A DNA stretch of 64,000 bases from a virus. Lineage: Duplodnaviria; Caudoviricetes. Position 1 is the stretch's first letter. Every line of letters begins with the position of its first letter. The notes beneath the pieces are model-generated. The model was not told where the DNA came from and searched no databases. It saw only the letters and a program-made list of their open reading frames with translations. Both the position numbers and the translations under genes were made by a program. Location of the stretch: positions 1 through 64,000 of the IMG/VR virus record IMGVR_UViG_3300039167_000005; one strand, written 5' to 3'. This document shows, piece by piece, positions 17,967 through 28,652 of this stretch.

Positions 17967-18194
17967 ATGGACTACACAGAAGCAAGTGAGGTTGTACGAC
18001 AAGGAGACAACGTATTCCGTCCAGAAGCATGGATTGGACGTAAGTTCCGCTGTAAGCTCACTGGAGAGGTATTGGAGCTTACCAAGGACAATGTACGCCC
18101 CAAGGCTTTCTTGAGCTTTGGTGAGAGCTATATTGACCTTGGTGACGGGTATTATAGTCGAGCTGGTGGAAGTTTTGAGGAGATTACAGAGTGA
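17967..18194 (+). CDS. Hypothetical protein
   Basis: GAGGAGG RBS, ATG at 17967. Confidence 0.6.
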   Translation: MDYTEASEVVRQGDNVFRPEAWIGRKFRCKLTGEVLELTKDNVRPKAFLSFGESYIDLGDGYYSRAGGSFEEITE

Positions 18195-18694
18195 AGAAGA
18201 TTACAGGAGACCTGATTAAGTTGTTTAAAGAAGGTGAATTTGACGTGATTGTCCATGGTTGCAATTGCGGTAACAACATGGGAGACGGTATTGCTAAGAC
18301 AATCCGTGACGAGTTCCCAGAAGCTTATGCTGCGGACCTTGAAACACAGGCTTGGGATATCAGCAAGCTGGGAACAATCTCTTGTGCGGGGATTGAGAAT
18401 GGTAGGACTGTTATCAACGCTTATACACAGTACCGATGGTATGGTGTAGGATTGAGTGGTGGCCCACTTTGTGAGTATGATGCTCTGCGGAGTTGTTTCA
18501 AGGATATCAAGAAACGTTTCGGTGAAAAGTCGTTGCGATTCGGCATCCCTGCCATTGGTGCTGCACGTGCAGGTGGTGACTGGAGTATTATCTCCGCAAT
18601 CATTGATGAAGAAATGGAAGGTGAAGACGTTACATTTGTAGAGTACGATGGATTTGACCCTCGGGGGAATTACAAGAAGTGGATGCGTAAATGA
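18191..18694 (+). CDS. Macrodomain protein (ADP-ribose binding or hydrolase)
   Basis: ITGDLIK...DVIVHGCNCGNNMGDGIAKTI...PAIGAARAGGDW. Confidence 0.85.
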   Translation: MKKITGDLIKLFKEGEFDVIVHGCNCGNNMGDGIAKTIRDEFPEAYAADLETQAWDISKLGTISCAGIENGRTVINAYTQYRWYGVGLSGGPLCEYDALRSCFKDIKKRFGEKSLRFGIPAIGAARAGGDWSIISAIIDEEMEGEDVTFVEYDGFDPRGNYKKWMRK

Positions 18695-18957
18695 CGGTAA
18701 TGTATATCAATCTTGATGGGTACACATTCAAGTGCAACATCTCCCATTATTGCCCAGAGATTCCCGGAACATTCGGATGGGATGAAGCCTCTGATTGGGA
18801 TTATCAAGGCTATCCTGCCGAGGTGGATTTTGAGTGCTATGCTGTATCTGACGATGGGGTTGACATTCCAGAGAAAGATGCTATTATCGTTTTCAGTAAT
18901 TACGAAGTGCTTGTGGAAGAGAAGATTCTGGAACAATTGACTAAAGTGGAGGAATAG
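18691..18957 (+). CDS. Hypothetical acidic protein
   Basis: ATGA overlap with the macrodomain gene. Confidence 0.6.
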   Translation: MTVMYINLDGYTFKCNISHYCPEIPGTFGWDEASDWDYQGYPAEVDFECYAVSDDGVDIPEKDAIIVFSNYEVLVEEKILEQLTKVEE

Positions 18958-18959
18958 AG

Positions 18960-19940
18960 ATGAGTACTTGGGTTGACAGCGTTGATAAAGCCTTTGATGC
19001 TTTGAAGGCACAAGTGGAAGTGCTTAAGAAAAAGGCTGACGATGCTTTTCCTTCTCCTATGAAGATTAATGATCTTCCGCGAGCTGAGAGCAGTAAATGG
19101 GTTGTTGGTCATGGGTGGAAGATTGAAGGAGTTTACCGGTCTTCTACTCGCGACCCTAACACCATTGAAGAAGTGGATAAGCTTCTAGAAAAAGCTCTTT
19201 CCGTTCTTACAGACGATATTCAAAAGCTCAAAGATGCGCACGAAACGAACGTTCCGGCGATTGAGAATAACCTTAAGATTCACGAGAAAGTGACACTGCT
19301 AATGCGGGACACTCTCAAAATCCCGTCTGGTTACAGCACTTACGAATACAAATCAAGTCGTAGTCGAAACAAGACAGAAACACGTCACACAGCAGGCTAC
19401 ATTGGCGATTTGCAACGAAACATTAAGACTTCTGATGGTTATGAGATGAAGCTTCGTGATTTGAATTCTTACCCTGAAACCTTTAAGCGTATTGCAAATG
19501 ATCTGAAAGGTAAGATTCGTTCTGTTGAGGCTGAGAAAGCAAAAGAAGAGAAAGCTAAGAAAGAAGTGTTGGCTAAAGCTCGCTTGCAAGTGAAGTATGG
19601 TTTGACGGAAGACAGCGATTGGTCTGATGTTCTTGACATTCTCGACAGCAAGTGTAAATATTTCAAGCTTGCCCGAGCAATGGAGGATACACGTAACGAT
19701 TGGAATGATGGATATGGTCGTGTACAATATGCAATCTCCTCATTCTCTGTAGAGACACCAGAAGATCAGGAGATCTATGATGAAATCTTTGAGCTTGCAC
19801 ATGAGTATGAAGATATTGACGGTCGAATATTCCGTGACTGCACCCACAACTACTCAGTTCTTTACGGGAAGGTTGACTCTGATTTGAGGAGCGACTACAA
19901 TACCCTGAAAGAATACTACGACACTTCTTGGGAGGAATAA
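18960..19940 (+). CDS. Hypothetical protein (326 aa, coiled-coil rich)
   Basis: Long ORF with RBS, codon usage like neighbours. Confidence 0.75.
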   Translation: MSTWVDSVDKAFDALKAQVEVLKKKADDAFPSPMKINDLPRAESSKWVVGHGWKIEGVYRSSTRDPNTIEEVDKLLEKALSVLTDDIQKLKDAHETNVPAIENNLKIHEKVTLLMRDTLKIPSGYSTYEYKSSRSRNKTETRHTAGYIGDLQRNIKTSDGYEMKLRDLNSYPETFKRIANDLKGKIRSVEAEKAKEEKAKKEVLAKARLQVKYGLTEDSDWSDVLDILDSKCKYFKLARAMEDTRNDWNDGYGRVQYAISSFSVETPEDQEIYDEIFELAHEYEDIDGRIFRDCTHNYSVLYGKVDSDLRSDYNTLKEYYDTSWEE

Positions 19941-20126
19941 TTTATGTTTGAAGCTTTCTGGAACACATCTTTCAGGGGATGATTTCTGAAGCTGAGGCTG
20001 AGCGTATTGCTGAAGACGTTAAACAGCTCCGCATGGTAATTGTGAAACGTATCGACTCACGGAGTAAGGAGTATCGCTTAGCAAATAGTGGTGTAGAGTT
20101 TGAAAACTGGATCAAAGGAGATTAAA

Positions 20127-20585
20127 ATGGAAATTGACATTAGTGCATATTTGAGCGAAGAAGATAAACAACGTATTGCGGAAGAAGAATATCGAAAAGT
20201 TATCCGTTCAATTGTCTACACAGACAAGGAGCGTCTCTTTAGTAATGCAGCTTATAGAACTGTTCAGAAACTGGTTGATGAGCGATTTGGTGAATCTCTA
20301 AGTAAAATCCTAGAGGAAAAGACTGTAAAGATCATTAATGATCTTTCTACGTATACCGTATTCAAAAAGAAAGATGCTTGGGATAATGATGATTCAAAAG
20401 GATGGAAGTATCTGCAAGAATCTGTGGACAAACATAAAGACCTTATCGAGGACAGGGTTGTGCAGATTATCCAAGAGGTGGATTCTGACTATGTTCGCAA
20501 TCGCCTAGAGGACTTGATGTGTGAGGTGGTTGAGAATCGTTTGCTAGGTAAATCTTTTAAGAAGGAGGACAACAATGAGCTTTGA
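20127..20585 (+). CDS. Hypothetical protein
   Basis: AGGAG RBS, ATG at 20127. Confidence 0.65.
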   Translation: MEIDISAYLSEEDKQRIAEEEYRKVIRSIVYTDKERLFSNAAYRTVQKLVDERFGESLSKILEEKTVKIINDLSTYTVFKKKDAWDNDDSKGWKYLQESVDKHKDLIEDRVVQIIQEVDSDYVRNRLEDLMCEVVENRLLGKSFKKEDNNEL

Positions 20586-20949
20586 CCTAAAGAAAGACCC
20601 TTGGTATATCCGCGTGAATTCGCCTGAAGAGAGTGCTGCTGTACAAGAGTGGCTATTTGAACAAGGAATTACATGGTGGCGTAACTACACTGTAGTCAAA
20701 CATACCTTTAGTCGCTATCTAACCAACTCATACTCTTCAGGAGATGTAGAGCCTCACCTGATGTTTGGCACGAACGAGATTGATAAGTTCTCAGATCAGC
20801 GCAAAGAACTTAAAGTCATCTTTGAGAAAGTCTTGCGGGTGGAAAAAGTAATCACCCCTGAAATCCGGGAGAAGATTGAAGTTGGTGGGAAGCAATACTA
20901 CAAAGAAGATGTAGAGAAGGCTTTACAACTGTTGAAGCCTATCAACTAG
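20575..20949 (+). CDS. Hypothetical protein, paralogue of 27954-28310
   Basis: Shared RV.SPE.S...LFE.G..W start and (G/D)GK.Y.KE...AL end. Confidence 0.65.
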   Translation: MSFDLKKDPWYIRVNSPEESAAVQEWLFEQGITWWRNYTVVKHTFSRYLTNSYSSGDVEPHLMFGTNEIDKFSDQRKELKVIFEKVLRVEKVITPEIREKIEVGGKQYYKEDVEKALQLLKPIN

Positions 20950-20967
20950 CTCGGAAGGAGAAACACT

Positions 20968-21344
20968 ATGACTATCAAGAACATTAATGTATTTGGATAT
21001 GAGATGGAAGTAGCTGTCAGCGACATTGGCTGGAAGCTTCTGTCTGCTTGTATTGGTGAGCATTGCGTGGACGAGGAAGAGCTTGAAGCTATCTCTGTTG
21101 AGTTTGCGGTAGAAATTGAAGAAGAGATTTATGGAGACCTCTGATAATGACTAAGCAAGCAATTTTTACGGTAGAGATTTATGGTAAAGGCAGTAATACT
21201 CTAATAGGTTTTAGTACAATCACACTCGTATATTCTGCGGAAACCACGGCTGTGGAACTCTACGAAATGCTACTACAAGATATTAACGAGTATTGTACAA
21301 ATCAGGATATTGTTATCAAAATTACTAACAGTTTCGTGCTGTAA
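20968..21344 (+). other. Two small hypothetical CDSs (20968-21144, 21147-21344)
   Basis: AAGGAG RBS before 20968; second ORF follows after 2 nt. Confidence 0.55.
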
Positions 21345-21455
21345 CGATGTGGACAACGCTACTGGCTCTGCATAGCAGCACCCATGCGTGGCAGCTTAGT
21401 ATTATAATAGGGGCTAAAATTGAGTTATTTTCGCAAGTTTAAGAAAGGAGAGAAC

Positions 21456-23096
21456 ATGGGCAGTGATGTAGGCTTTGAACCAAAAGAAACGCTCCAAGAG
21501 GTTTCTACTTTCAAGGCCGTAGATGTATCAGAACGTGGTATTCGAAAAGAGACTCTGGAGCGTTTTGGTGTAAAGGTGGCGGTATCTACTGAGGACGGCA
21601 AAACGCCTGTTGCAGTGTATTTTCCCTCTGTTAATCAGAAAGGTAAGGTAACGGGCTACGCCAAGCAAGACCTGACTAAAACTAAGGAAGAAAAAGGCCA
21701 TTGGTCTTGTATTGGAAGTGTCACGATTGGAAATAAACTGTTCGGACAAAACGTAGCAGAACAACAGAACCGTAAACGGAATAATCTTGTAATCACTGAA
21801 GGCCAGTGGGATACCCTTTCGGTTTATCAAGCTCTGGTTGATAACGTCAAAGGAACTAAGTACGAGGGTCTTGAACCTCTTGTAGCTTCCATCCCTATGG
21901 GCACTGCAAACGCGGTGGAGTCAATTCTTCACAATGAAGATTATGTGATGAGCCACGACGCTCTAACTATTTTCTTTGATGATGACCACTGCACGCCAGC
22001 AGAACTCAAGAGAAATATTATGAAAGGGCATGAAGCACGAGAAGCTGTAGCGAATGCTCTTGTTGGTAGCGGACTTTCCTTGTTTACGGTAAGCCCTGAC
22101 GATGGCCTAAAAGATGCCTCTGATTACATGCAGATTGGGCGTTGGGAAGACCTAGCAAAGCTAGTACAGTTTGGTCGCCGGCCCTATTCTTCTGAGAAGA
22201 TTGTGAAGGCTGCTGATTTGGATTTGGACTTTCTGTTAGAGCCTCGCCCAGAAGGGATTTATGTAGACAGCTTCCCCAAACTGATGGAAAAGCTACACGG
22301 CTTTCGAACCCGAGAACTTGTGCTTCTGACCAGCCCAAGTGGTGTAGGTAAGAGTACGGTTTGTTCTATTTTTGCATCTGCTTTCATGGAGGCGGGTGAA
22401 AAGTTGGGTATGGTGTATTTGGAGGAAACCAACAAAGAAACGATGCAACGCCTCATTGCCTCTAAGTTGAAGGTCAATTATTTGGAGTTTAAAAACGATC
22501 CGCTTAAAGTAGCTACACGGGATCAAATTGAAGCAGCTTACAAAAGCATCGTAGATAATGACCAACTGGTGATGTTGGGACACTTTGGTTCGTTGCCGGT
22601 AAGTGAGCTCATGGCAAAGATCAAGCATATGCATCTGGTTGAGGGCTGTAAGTTCATTATCTTGGATCACCTGAGCTTGGTTATTTCTGGCAGTGCTGTT
22701 AAGGATGAGCGTAAAGAGTTGGATATGGTCATGACTGAGCTTGCCGCATTTTGTGCAGCGAACGAAGTTTGCATTATTGCAGTAAGTCACATTAACCGTA
22801 GCGCTGCTGAACAGTTCAAAGCTCCGAAGTTAAAAGAAGGGGAGGAACCTAAGCCGTATTGGGTACAAGTGACCAAAGAAATGATGCGCGGTTCCGCTGC
22901 ATTGGAACAACTGAGCTTTATTATTATCGGACTAGAGCCTGAGATTCTTCCTGATCGCAGCCGAGGCCGAGTACGGCTGACTGCCTTGAAGAACCGTCCG
23001 TGGGGGTATCTCGGGGTCTGCGATGCTTTCAAAATCGACGACGAAAGTTGGGAAGTTCTGCTATGCGAGGACCAGTTTGAGGATGTAACGTTTTGA
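21456..23096 (+). CDS. T7 gp4-like primase-helicase (TOPRIM plus DnaB-like), no N-terminal zinc-binding domain visible
   Basis: LVITEGQWD TOPRIM, FFDDD, KDASDY; Walker A SPSGVGKST; IILDHL; RGSAALEQ; LKNR. AAGGAG RBS at 21456. Confidence 0.9.
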   Translation: MGSDVGFEPKETLQEVSTFKAVDVSERGIRKETLERFGVKVAVSTEDGKTPVAVYFPSVNQKGKVTGYAKQDLTKTKEEKGHWSCIGSVTIGNKLFGQNVAEQQNRKRNNLVITEGQWDTLSVYQALVDNVKGTKYEGLEPLVASIPMGTANAVESILHNEDYVMSHDALTIFFDDDHCTPAELKRNIMKGHEAREAVANALVGSGLSLFTVSPDDGLKDASDYMQIGRWEDLAKLVQFGRRPYSSEKIVKAADLDLDFLLEPRPEGIYVDSFPKLMEKLHGFRTRELVLLTSPSGVGKSTVCSIFASAFMEAGEKLGMVYLEETNKETMQRLIASKLKVNYLEFKNDPLKVATRDQIEAAYKSIVDNDQLVMLGHFGSLPVSELMAKIKHMHLVEGCKFIILDHLSLVISGSAVKDERKELDMVMTELAAFCAANEVCIIAVSHINRSAAEQFKAPKLKEGEEPKPYWVQVTKEMMRGSAALEQLSFIIIGLEPEILPDRSRGRVRLTALKNRPWGYLGVCDAFKIDDESWEVLLCEDQFEDVTF

Positions 23097-23725
23097 GCAA
23101 GTCGGTTGGTGGCTGGGGAGTTAATGACTCCTCAGAGCCTATTGGTAGTAGAAGCAGCGGGACGTTCAAGATAGTTTGTCCGTACTATGTCCGATGGGCT
23201 GCCATGATTAATAGGGCACATAACCCCGTATACCAAGAGGTGCAGAAAACTTACCAAGGTGTTGTAATTTGCGAGGAGTGGAGATTCTTCAGCAATTTCA
23301 AGGCTTGGATGGAACAACAAGATTGGGAAGATTATCAATTAGAGAAAGATATCCTCGGAGACGGAAAACTTTACAGCCCAGAGACATGCTGCTTTGTGCC
23401 TCAGAGGTTCAACGCACTCTTAACCCAAAGAGGAAACGCCCGTGGAGACTACCCTCTAGGTGTGCATTACAACAAGGCAAGAAAACCTTATAAAGCTACG
23501 TGTCATGACGGTACAGGCCACGTTTACCTAGGAAGATTCTGTTGCCCTTACGAAGCTCACAAGGCTTGGCAACAAAAGAAAATTAGCGTCATTAGACATA
23601 GCGTCAGAGATTGGATGGAATCTTCTAGGCCGCCACACAGGCAAGAGATACCAGAGGCTTTACTTTCTAAGGCTAGCAAGATAGAGTCTGACCTACTAAC
23701 TGGAAAAGTCACAGAAAATTTCTAG
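23093..23725 (+). mobile_element. Free-standing HNH-type homing endonuclease gene
   Basis: W..M..R...ICEEWRFFSNFKAWM...LEKDIL...YSPETCCFVP...N; C-terminal AP2-like segment (LGRF...EAHKAW). Paralogue of 45334-46011. Confidence 0.8.
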
Positions 23726-23743
23726 GAGGCTTTTGCCTCCTAG
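23722..23743 (+). promoter_or_regulatory. Perfect 9-bp hairpin upstream of the DNA polymerase RBS
   Basis: CTAGGAGGC-TTTT-GCCTCCTAG; no U-tail. Confidence 0.45.
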
Positions 23744-23759
23744 GCTTACAGGAGGAAAT

Positions 23760-26309
23760 ATGCAACCTTGGGAAATTACGTGGGATATTGAAGCCACAAA
23801 TCTGCTTAACAGCGAATCTATCGACTACACAGCAATCCCCTATAAACTAAAAGATTCTTTCAAAATCCATTGTATTGTGGTAGGGGTGGTTGTTGGTGGT
23901 AAGGAGTACATGTATGGCTTCCATGACGGCGAGAAGTATATTTTCGACGGACGGGAGCGTAAGGTTACAGTAGAAGGTAAAACTTATGTACTGCCAGCAG
24001 GATATGCACCTGTAGATTACATTCATAAACCCTTGAACGAGTTTCCCAAGTTTGTAGAAAAACTCCCGGAAGGCTCCAAGGTGATTGCACATAACCAGAT
24101 TAACTACGACCTACTGGCTGTCAAGCTCTATTGGGGCATCCCCTACGAGGTGGAGCGAGATATGTCTATCGAAGCAGATTTAGGGGACGATTATTGGGCA
24201 GGCAAGAAAGTAGTGTTTGATGACACCCTTGTACGCTCAAAAACCCTAAACCCGGATCGTTATGGTGGACACTCCCTTGATAACCTTTCACAGAAGGGCG
24301 AAGCACAGAAAATTGAATTCCGCAAACATCTTCCTCAAGAGGAACGATTCAAACACTTTGGTCCAGATATGTTGTACTACAACATCTTTGACGTTAAAGC
24401 AAACAAAGGTGTAGCCAAACTCCTAGACGAAGAGATGAAGGCGTACAATTGGAATGAGAAGTGGAATAAAGCGATTAAGTTGGAGAAAGCTGTTGCTGAA
24501 CTGATTACTCGTCAGGAGCACCGGGGCTTCAAGTTTGATATTGAACTGGCACAACGGAATCTGGATGAGCTAGATAAGATGATGGAAGAGCGTCGAGTAA
24601 AAATCGAGGCCATTCTTCCTCCGCGTCCAGCTACAAAGAAAGTACAGGGAGATTCCACACCCCCGAAAGGTCAGTTTAAGAAAAATGGGGATTACTCTGC
24701 TAATTTGCTGAAGTTTGCTGATAAAATGGGGGCAGTCATTGAGGATGGAAAGTTTCTCTATGGGGGGAAGGCTTACGATCTTCCACTACCCTTGGAGCCT
24801 CTGATTACAGAGATGAAATCTACGGTGAATGACACTACGCACATCAAGGATTGGCTCGTTTCATTGGGATGGACTCCTTCAGAATACAAAGAGAAAGACT
24901 TGACTGTTGATACCAAGAAAAATAAACTTTCTCCTGAAAAACTGAAGGCAGCAATTGAGCGGTACGTGGAGCAGACGGTAGACACGAGTTTCTGTAAGGA
25001 TCGGTGTGAGCATTTGGGTATCCATGTCGGTCCTCGAATGACACAAGATTCTATTCGACAAAAGCTTTATGCTGAGTTGAACAAGCGCACAGACCGGAAG
25101 GGCGGCATCAAGGTGTTGACCAACCCGAGTTTCACGGTTGGTCAAGAGAAGGAAATTTGTCCCGACCTAGAGAGGTTGGCTAGTAGTTCCGAAGAGTTGC
25201 GTTGCATTACAGACATTACGGAATACTTAACTTATCGGCATCGGCGAAATAGTATTCTGGGTGGTGGTGCGGATTGGGAGGACGATGAAGAGCCTGAAAA
25301 GGGTTATCTTTCCGCTGTCAGGGAGGATGGGCGAATTCCAACCCCAGCGGATACTTGCGGAGCTGCAACTTCGCGCTTCAAGCATCGTTTGGTTACGAAT
25401 ATTCCACGGGTAACATCCCTTTTTGGGCATAATATGCGGGCTATGTTTGGGGTGGATGATACTTGTTACCAAATCGGCTACGACTTTGATTCCCTCGAAG
25501 CACGGGAAGAGGCAAACTTCTGTTGGCCATTTGAGAGCGGGGAGCGGGAATACTGCCAGTCGCTGTTGTTGGATAAGCCAAACGACGTGCATACAAAAAT
25601 GGCACAAAAGATTTCGGCTATTATTGCGAGAGATTTTGCCCGTGGGCCTGCAAAGTCGGTAAAGTATGGTGCAACTTACGGGGCTCAAGGCCCAAAGATT
25701 GCTAAGACAATTGGTTGTGACGTAGAAACTGGTAACATGATTTTCGAAGCTTTCTGGCAGGCAGCAGCACCGTTGAAGAAGCTGAAAGATGCTCTGAATC
25801 TAGAGTGGGCTAAGTTTGATAAGAAAAAGATTATCGGTATTGATGGCCGTCTGGTCCCAACCCGTTCAGCCCATGCTATCCTGAACTCGAAGTTCCAGAG
25901 TTCTGGTGTTATCTGCGCGAAGCGAGCTATGGTGATCCATGATCGAAAACTAAAGGCTGCAGGATTGCTGGTAGACTTCTTTGCAGAAGATTGGACCAAG
26001 AAAGATTTTTGCCAACAACTCATTGCATACCATGACGAGGCGCAGCTTGAGGTGAACAAGGCTGCTGTCCAGTTTAAGCGTTTCCCTGAGAAGGAAGAAG
26101 CTCAAGCCTTTAAGGACGAGCGTTTTGAGCAATATGGAGAAATCTGGAGTGACATTAAGGATTCTCCAAAGGGGGGTATATATGTGGCTTATTGTAAGGG
26201 GGGTCAGATGGCTATTGAAGCAGTAAATGAGTCTGGCCGTGATTTTGGTATGGTGATTGACCTGACTGCCGGATATATGGTTGAGAAGTCATGGGCAGGG
26301 TGCCACTAA
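23760..26309 (+). CDS. Family A DNA polymerase with 3'-5' exonuclease
   Basis: Exo I WDIEAT, Exo II AHNQINYD; motif A GYDFDSLEAR, motif B RGPAKSVKYGATYG, motif C YHDE. Confidence 0.95.
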   Translation: MQPWEITWDIEATNLLNSESIDYTAIPYKLKDSFKIHCIVVGVVVGGKEYMYGFHDGEKYIFDGRERKVTVEGKTYVLPAGYAPVDYIHKPLNEFPKFVEKLPEGSKVIAHNQINYDLLAVKLYWGIPYEVERDMSIEADLGDDYWAGKKVVFDDTLVRSKTLNPDRYGGHSLDNLSQKGEAQKIEFRKHLPQEERFKHFGPDMLYYNIFDVKANKGVAKLLDEEMKAYNWNEKWNKAIKLEKAVAELITRQEHRGFKFDIELAQRNLDELDKMMEERRVKIEAILPPRPATKKVQGDSTPPKGQFKKNGDYSANLLKFADKMGAVIEDGKFLYGGKAYDLPLPLEPLITEMKSTVNDTTHIKDWLVSLGWTPSEYKEKDLTVDTKKNKLSPEKLKAAIERYVEQTVDTSFCKDRCEHLGIHVGPRMTQDSIRQKLYAELNKRTDRKGGIKVLTNPSFTVGQEKEICPDLERLASSSEELRCITDITEYLTYRHRRNSILGGGADWEDDEEPEKGYLSAVREDGRIPTPADTCGAATSRFKHRLVTNIPRVTSLFGHNMRAMFGVDDTCYQIGYDFDSLEAREEANFCWPFESGEREYCQSLLLDKPNDVHTKMAQKISAIIARDFARGPAKSVKYGATYGAQGPKIAKTIGCDVETGNMIFEAFWQAAAPLKKLKDALNLEWAKFDKKKIIGIDGRLVPTRSAHAILNSKFQSSGVICAKRAMVIHDRKLKAAGLLVDFFAEDWTKKDFCQQLIAYHDEAQLEVNKAAVQFKRFPEKEEAQAFKDERFEQYGEIWSDIKDSPKGGIYVAYCKGGQMAIEAVNESGRDFGMVIDLTAGYMVEKSWAGCH

Positions 26310-26329
26310 TGTGAGGGTAATATGAATTA

Positions 26330-27388
26330 ATGTTTTTCGTTAACAACATCACAGAAGATCATAAAAAGTCTTCTGGGATTTATGAGATAAGAAACAAACT
26401 TAATAATAAAGTCTACGTGGGCAAGACAGTCAATTTCAGTAGAAGATACACTGCTTACAAGGGAGGATTTAAGAAGCAGGACGTTAGAAAAATAAATCAA
26501 CGTTTTCTGAATTCAATTAATAAGTATGGCCCAGAGAATTTCACATTTTCCGTTATTGAGGCGTGCCCTGTAGAACTCTTAGCTGAAAGAGAGCTGGCCT
26601 GGATGGAATATTTCGAATCAACCAATCCTGAAAAGGGTTACAACCTTAGAATGGACTCTTCCACAGGTATGGTCACACATCCCTCTACCAGCAAAAAGAT
26701 ATCTACGAGAATTAAGAAAGAGTACGATACCGGAGTTAGGAGCCGAGAGGCTATAAGTATCTGGGCCACGGCTTTATGGGAAGATGGGGACAAGAAAGAG
26801 CAGATGGCAAGGAGTGTTTCTAAAGCCAAGGCATCTTTCTTTATCCAGAGAACAATGGAAGGTGAGCCGATTGCTGTATGGTCAAACATAAATCAGATCA
26901 TAGAACACAATCCGGGCTATAAGTGGCAGAATATCTATGCCGCCTGTAATGGAAACAAGGCAAGCTACATGAAGTCCAAATGGGAACGGACAGCTTCAGT
27001 CCATGCAGAGCTTCAGCACCTTTTGATTGAGTATGATTTCTCGATAATCAATAGGAAAGGAGAGGATGGATTCTTTGACCAAGCTGGCGCACCTAATAAG
27101 GCAGAATACACCTATCTGGTAGAGAGGGGTGGTAAAGTATACGAAATTTTGGGAGGTGCAATCCAAGATTTCTACTCAAACGTTTATTGTGCTTTCTACA
27201 GAAAGAAATCTGATGTTATTAGGTATGGAGAGTATACTATTACCAGAACACCCTTCATAGCGTCAGAATCTAAGTCAGTGGAGCACTATCGACAAGAGCT
27301 TGAGAGGTTGTTGGAAACTGTAGCTTCTATCAACGAAGCACTCCTCATAGATAAAATCAACTGGAATACGCCAACAAATATGGAATAA
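26330..27388 (+). mobile_element. Free-standing GIY-YIG (Seg-like) homing endonuclease gene
   Basis: SGIYEIRNKLNNKVYVGKT...R...E...GYN core, NUMOD1-like segment. Confidence 0.85.
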
Positions 27389-27422
27389 TAGGTTCATTGA
27401 AACGAACAAAGGAGAAAAATAA

Positions 27423-28652
27423 ATGAGTGAATACGTAAAGATTCGTCTATATGTTGGGACCGGCTTTGCTGGTTGTGACCATGAAGATATTTATGAGTAC
27501 CCGCGAGAAGAATGGGAAGTAATGACCGAAGAACAGCAGGAAAAGACTCTAAGTCAACTTGCTACGGATTATTTGTGGAATACCATTGACTGTTCTGCTT
27601 GGGTAGAGGAAGAATGACTAAAATCTATTGCAAAGACAAAGAGGGTAACCTTCGTTGTGTAGAAGCAGGTACTCAAGATGCTTCTATCTATGAAGATGGG
27701 CAACAAAGCTTGCGCTCCCTCCTTCGTGATGTTAGTATCATCCCCAAGCAAAAGAGTTTCGTAGGTGTTGTACTGGATGGAGGATTGACAAGTTCTGAAC
27801 AAGAGCCTGCTAAGCTCACGCAAGATGAGCGTGTTTACAATCTTCAAAACGCTGTGGTCTATTCAGGAAAACTGCTTGACTTCCTAGGAACGAAGGTGGA
27901 TAATCTTGAAGAGTTGATTGATGAGTTTAACAATAAATTGCAGGAGGAATGTGATGACTCAATTTAAAGCAATGAAATTCCGGGTAGAATCTCCCGAGCA
28001 TTCTGAGAAGACTCTGAATAAGCTGTTTGAAATGGGGTACGATTGGGAATGGAGCGTAGCTATCGAATGGCTACCTCCATACCATTTTATAAAATACCTC
28101 TACACCTATGAGTGCGGAAAAATTACTTGGGGTGAAATGGAAGAGGTGTTTCTCGATAAACCTCATCAAGAAATGCAACTTGTGGAAATCTACGATTTTG
28201 TCCCTGTTCCAAAGAGCACACCAGAGAAAGATGTTGTAGTGTTTGACGGAAAGGAGTATGATAAGGAACAATTCAAAGAGCTTCTGAAGGAAGCATTGGA
28301 CAAACTTTAAGGAGAAAGACCGATGAAACCAACTGATAAGATCACGGTAGAGATTACCTTGGGCGAGCTTGCACGAATCTACGCCGTCATGGGTAATGTC
28401 ACAGCCGCCGCAGATTGTACGCTGTGGGACAAGGCTATGGAATTGCTTGACCCTGAGGGTGAAGTATATGACGCCATCATTGATGCAAGAGATGATGGGC
28501 GGACGACTAGGACCTTGCACTACCACACCTATCGAGAGGAATGGCTAAATGCTCTTTTCAAGCAAGAAACCGAGCAAGAAAAGCGTATCCGGGAGCTGAA
28601 GGAAACTATCACTAAAGCTCAACAGCAAATTAAAGAACTGGAGAATTGCTGA
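27423..28652 (+). other. Four small hypothetical CDSs (27423-27617, 27614-27967, 27954-28310, 28323-28652)
   Basis: Tightly packed ORFs, each with a GGAG-type RBS. Confidence 0.6.

Noticed and set aside
19944-20125. 12-codon minigene overlapping a 48-codon ORF (possible frameshifted single gene)
   Set aside because: No canonical slippery site and no recognisable homology; could be ordinary translational coupling.
23760-26309. Intron or intein in the DNA polymerase, thyA or nrdB
   Set aside because: All motifs are present in continuous frames of expected length.
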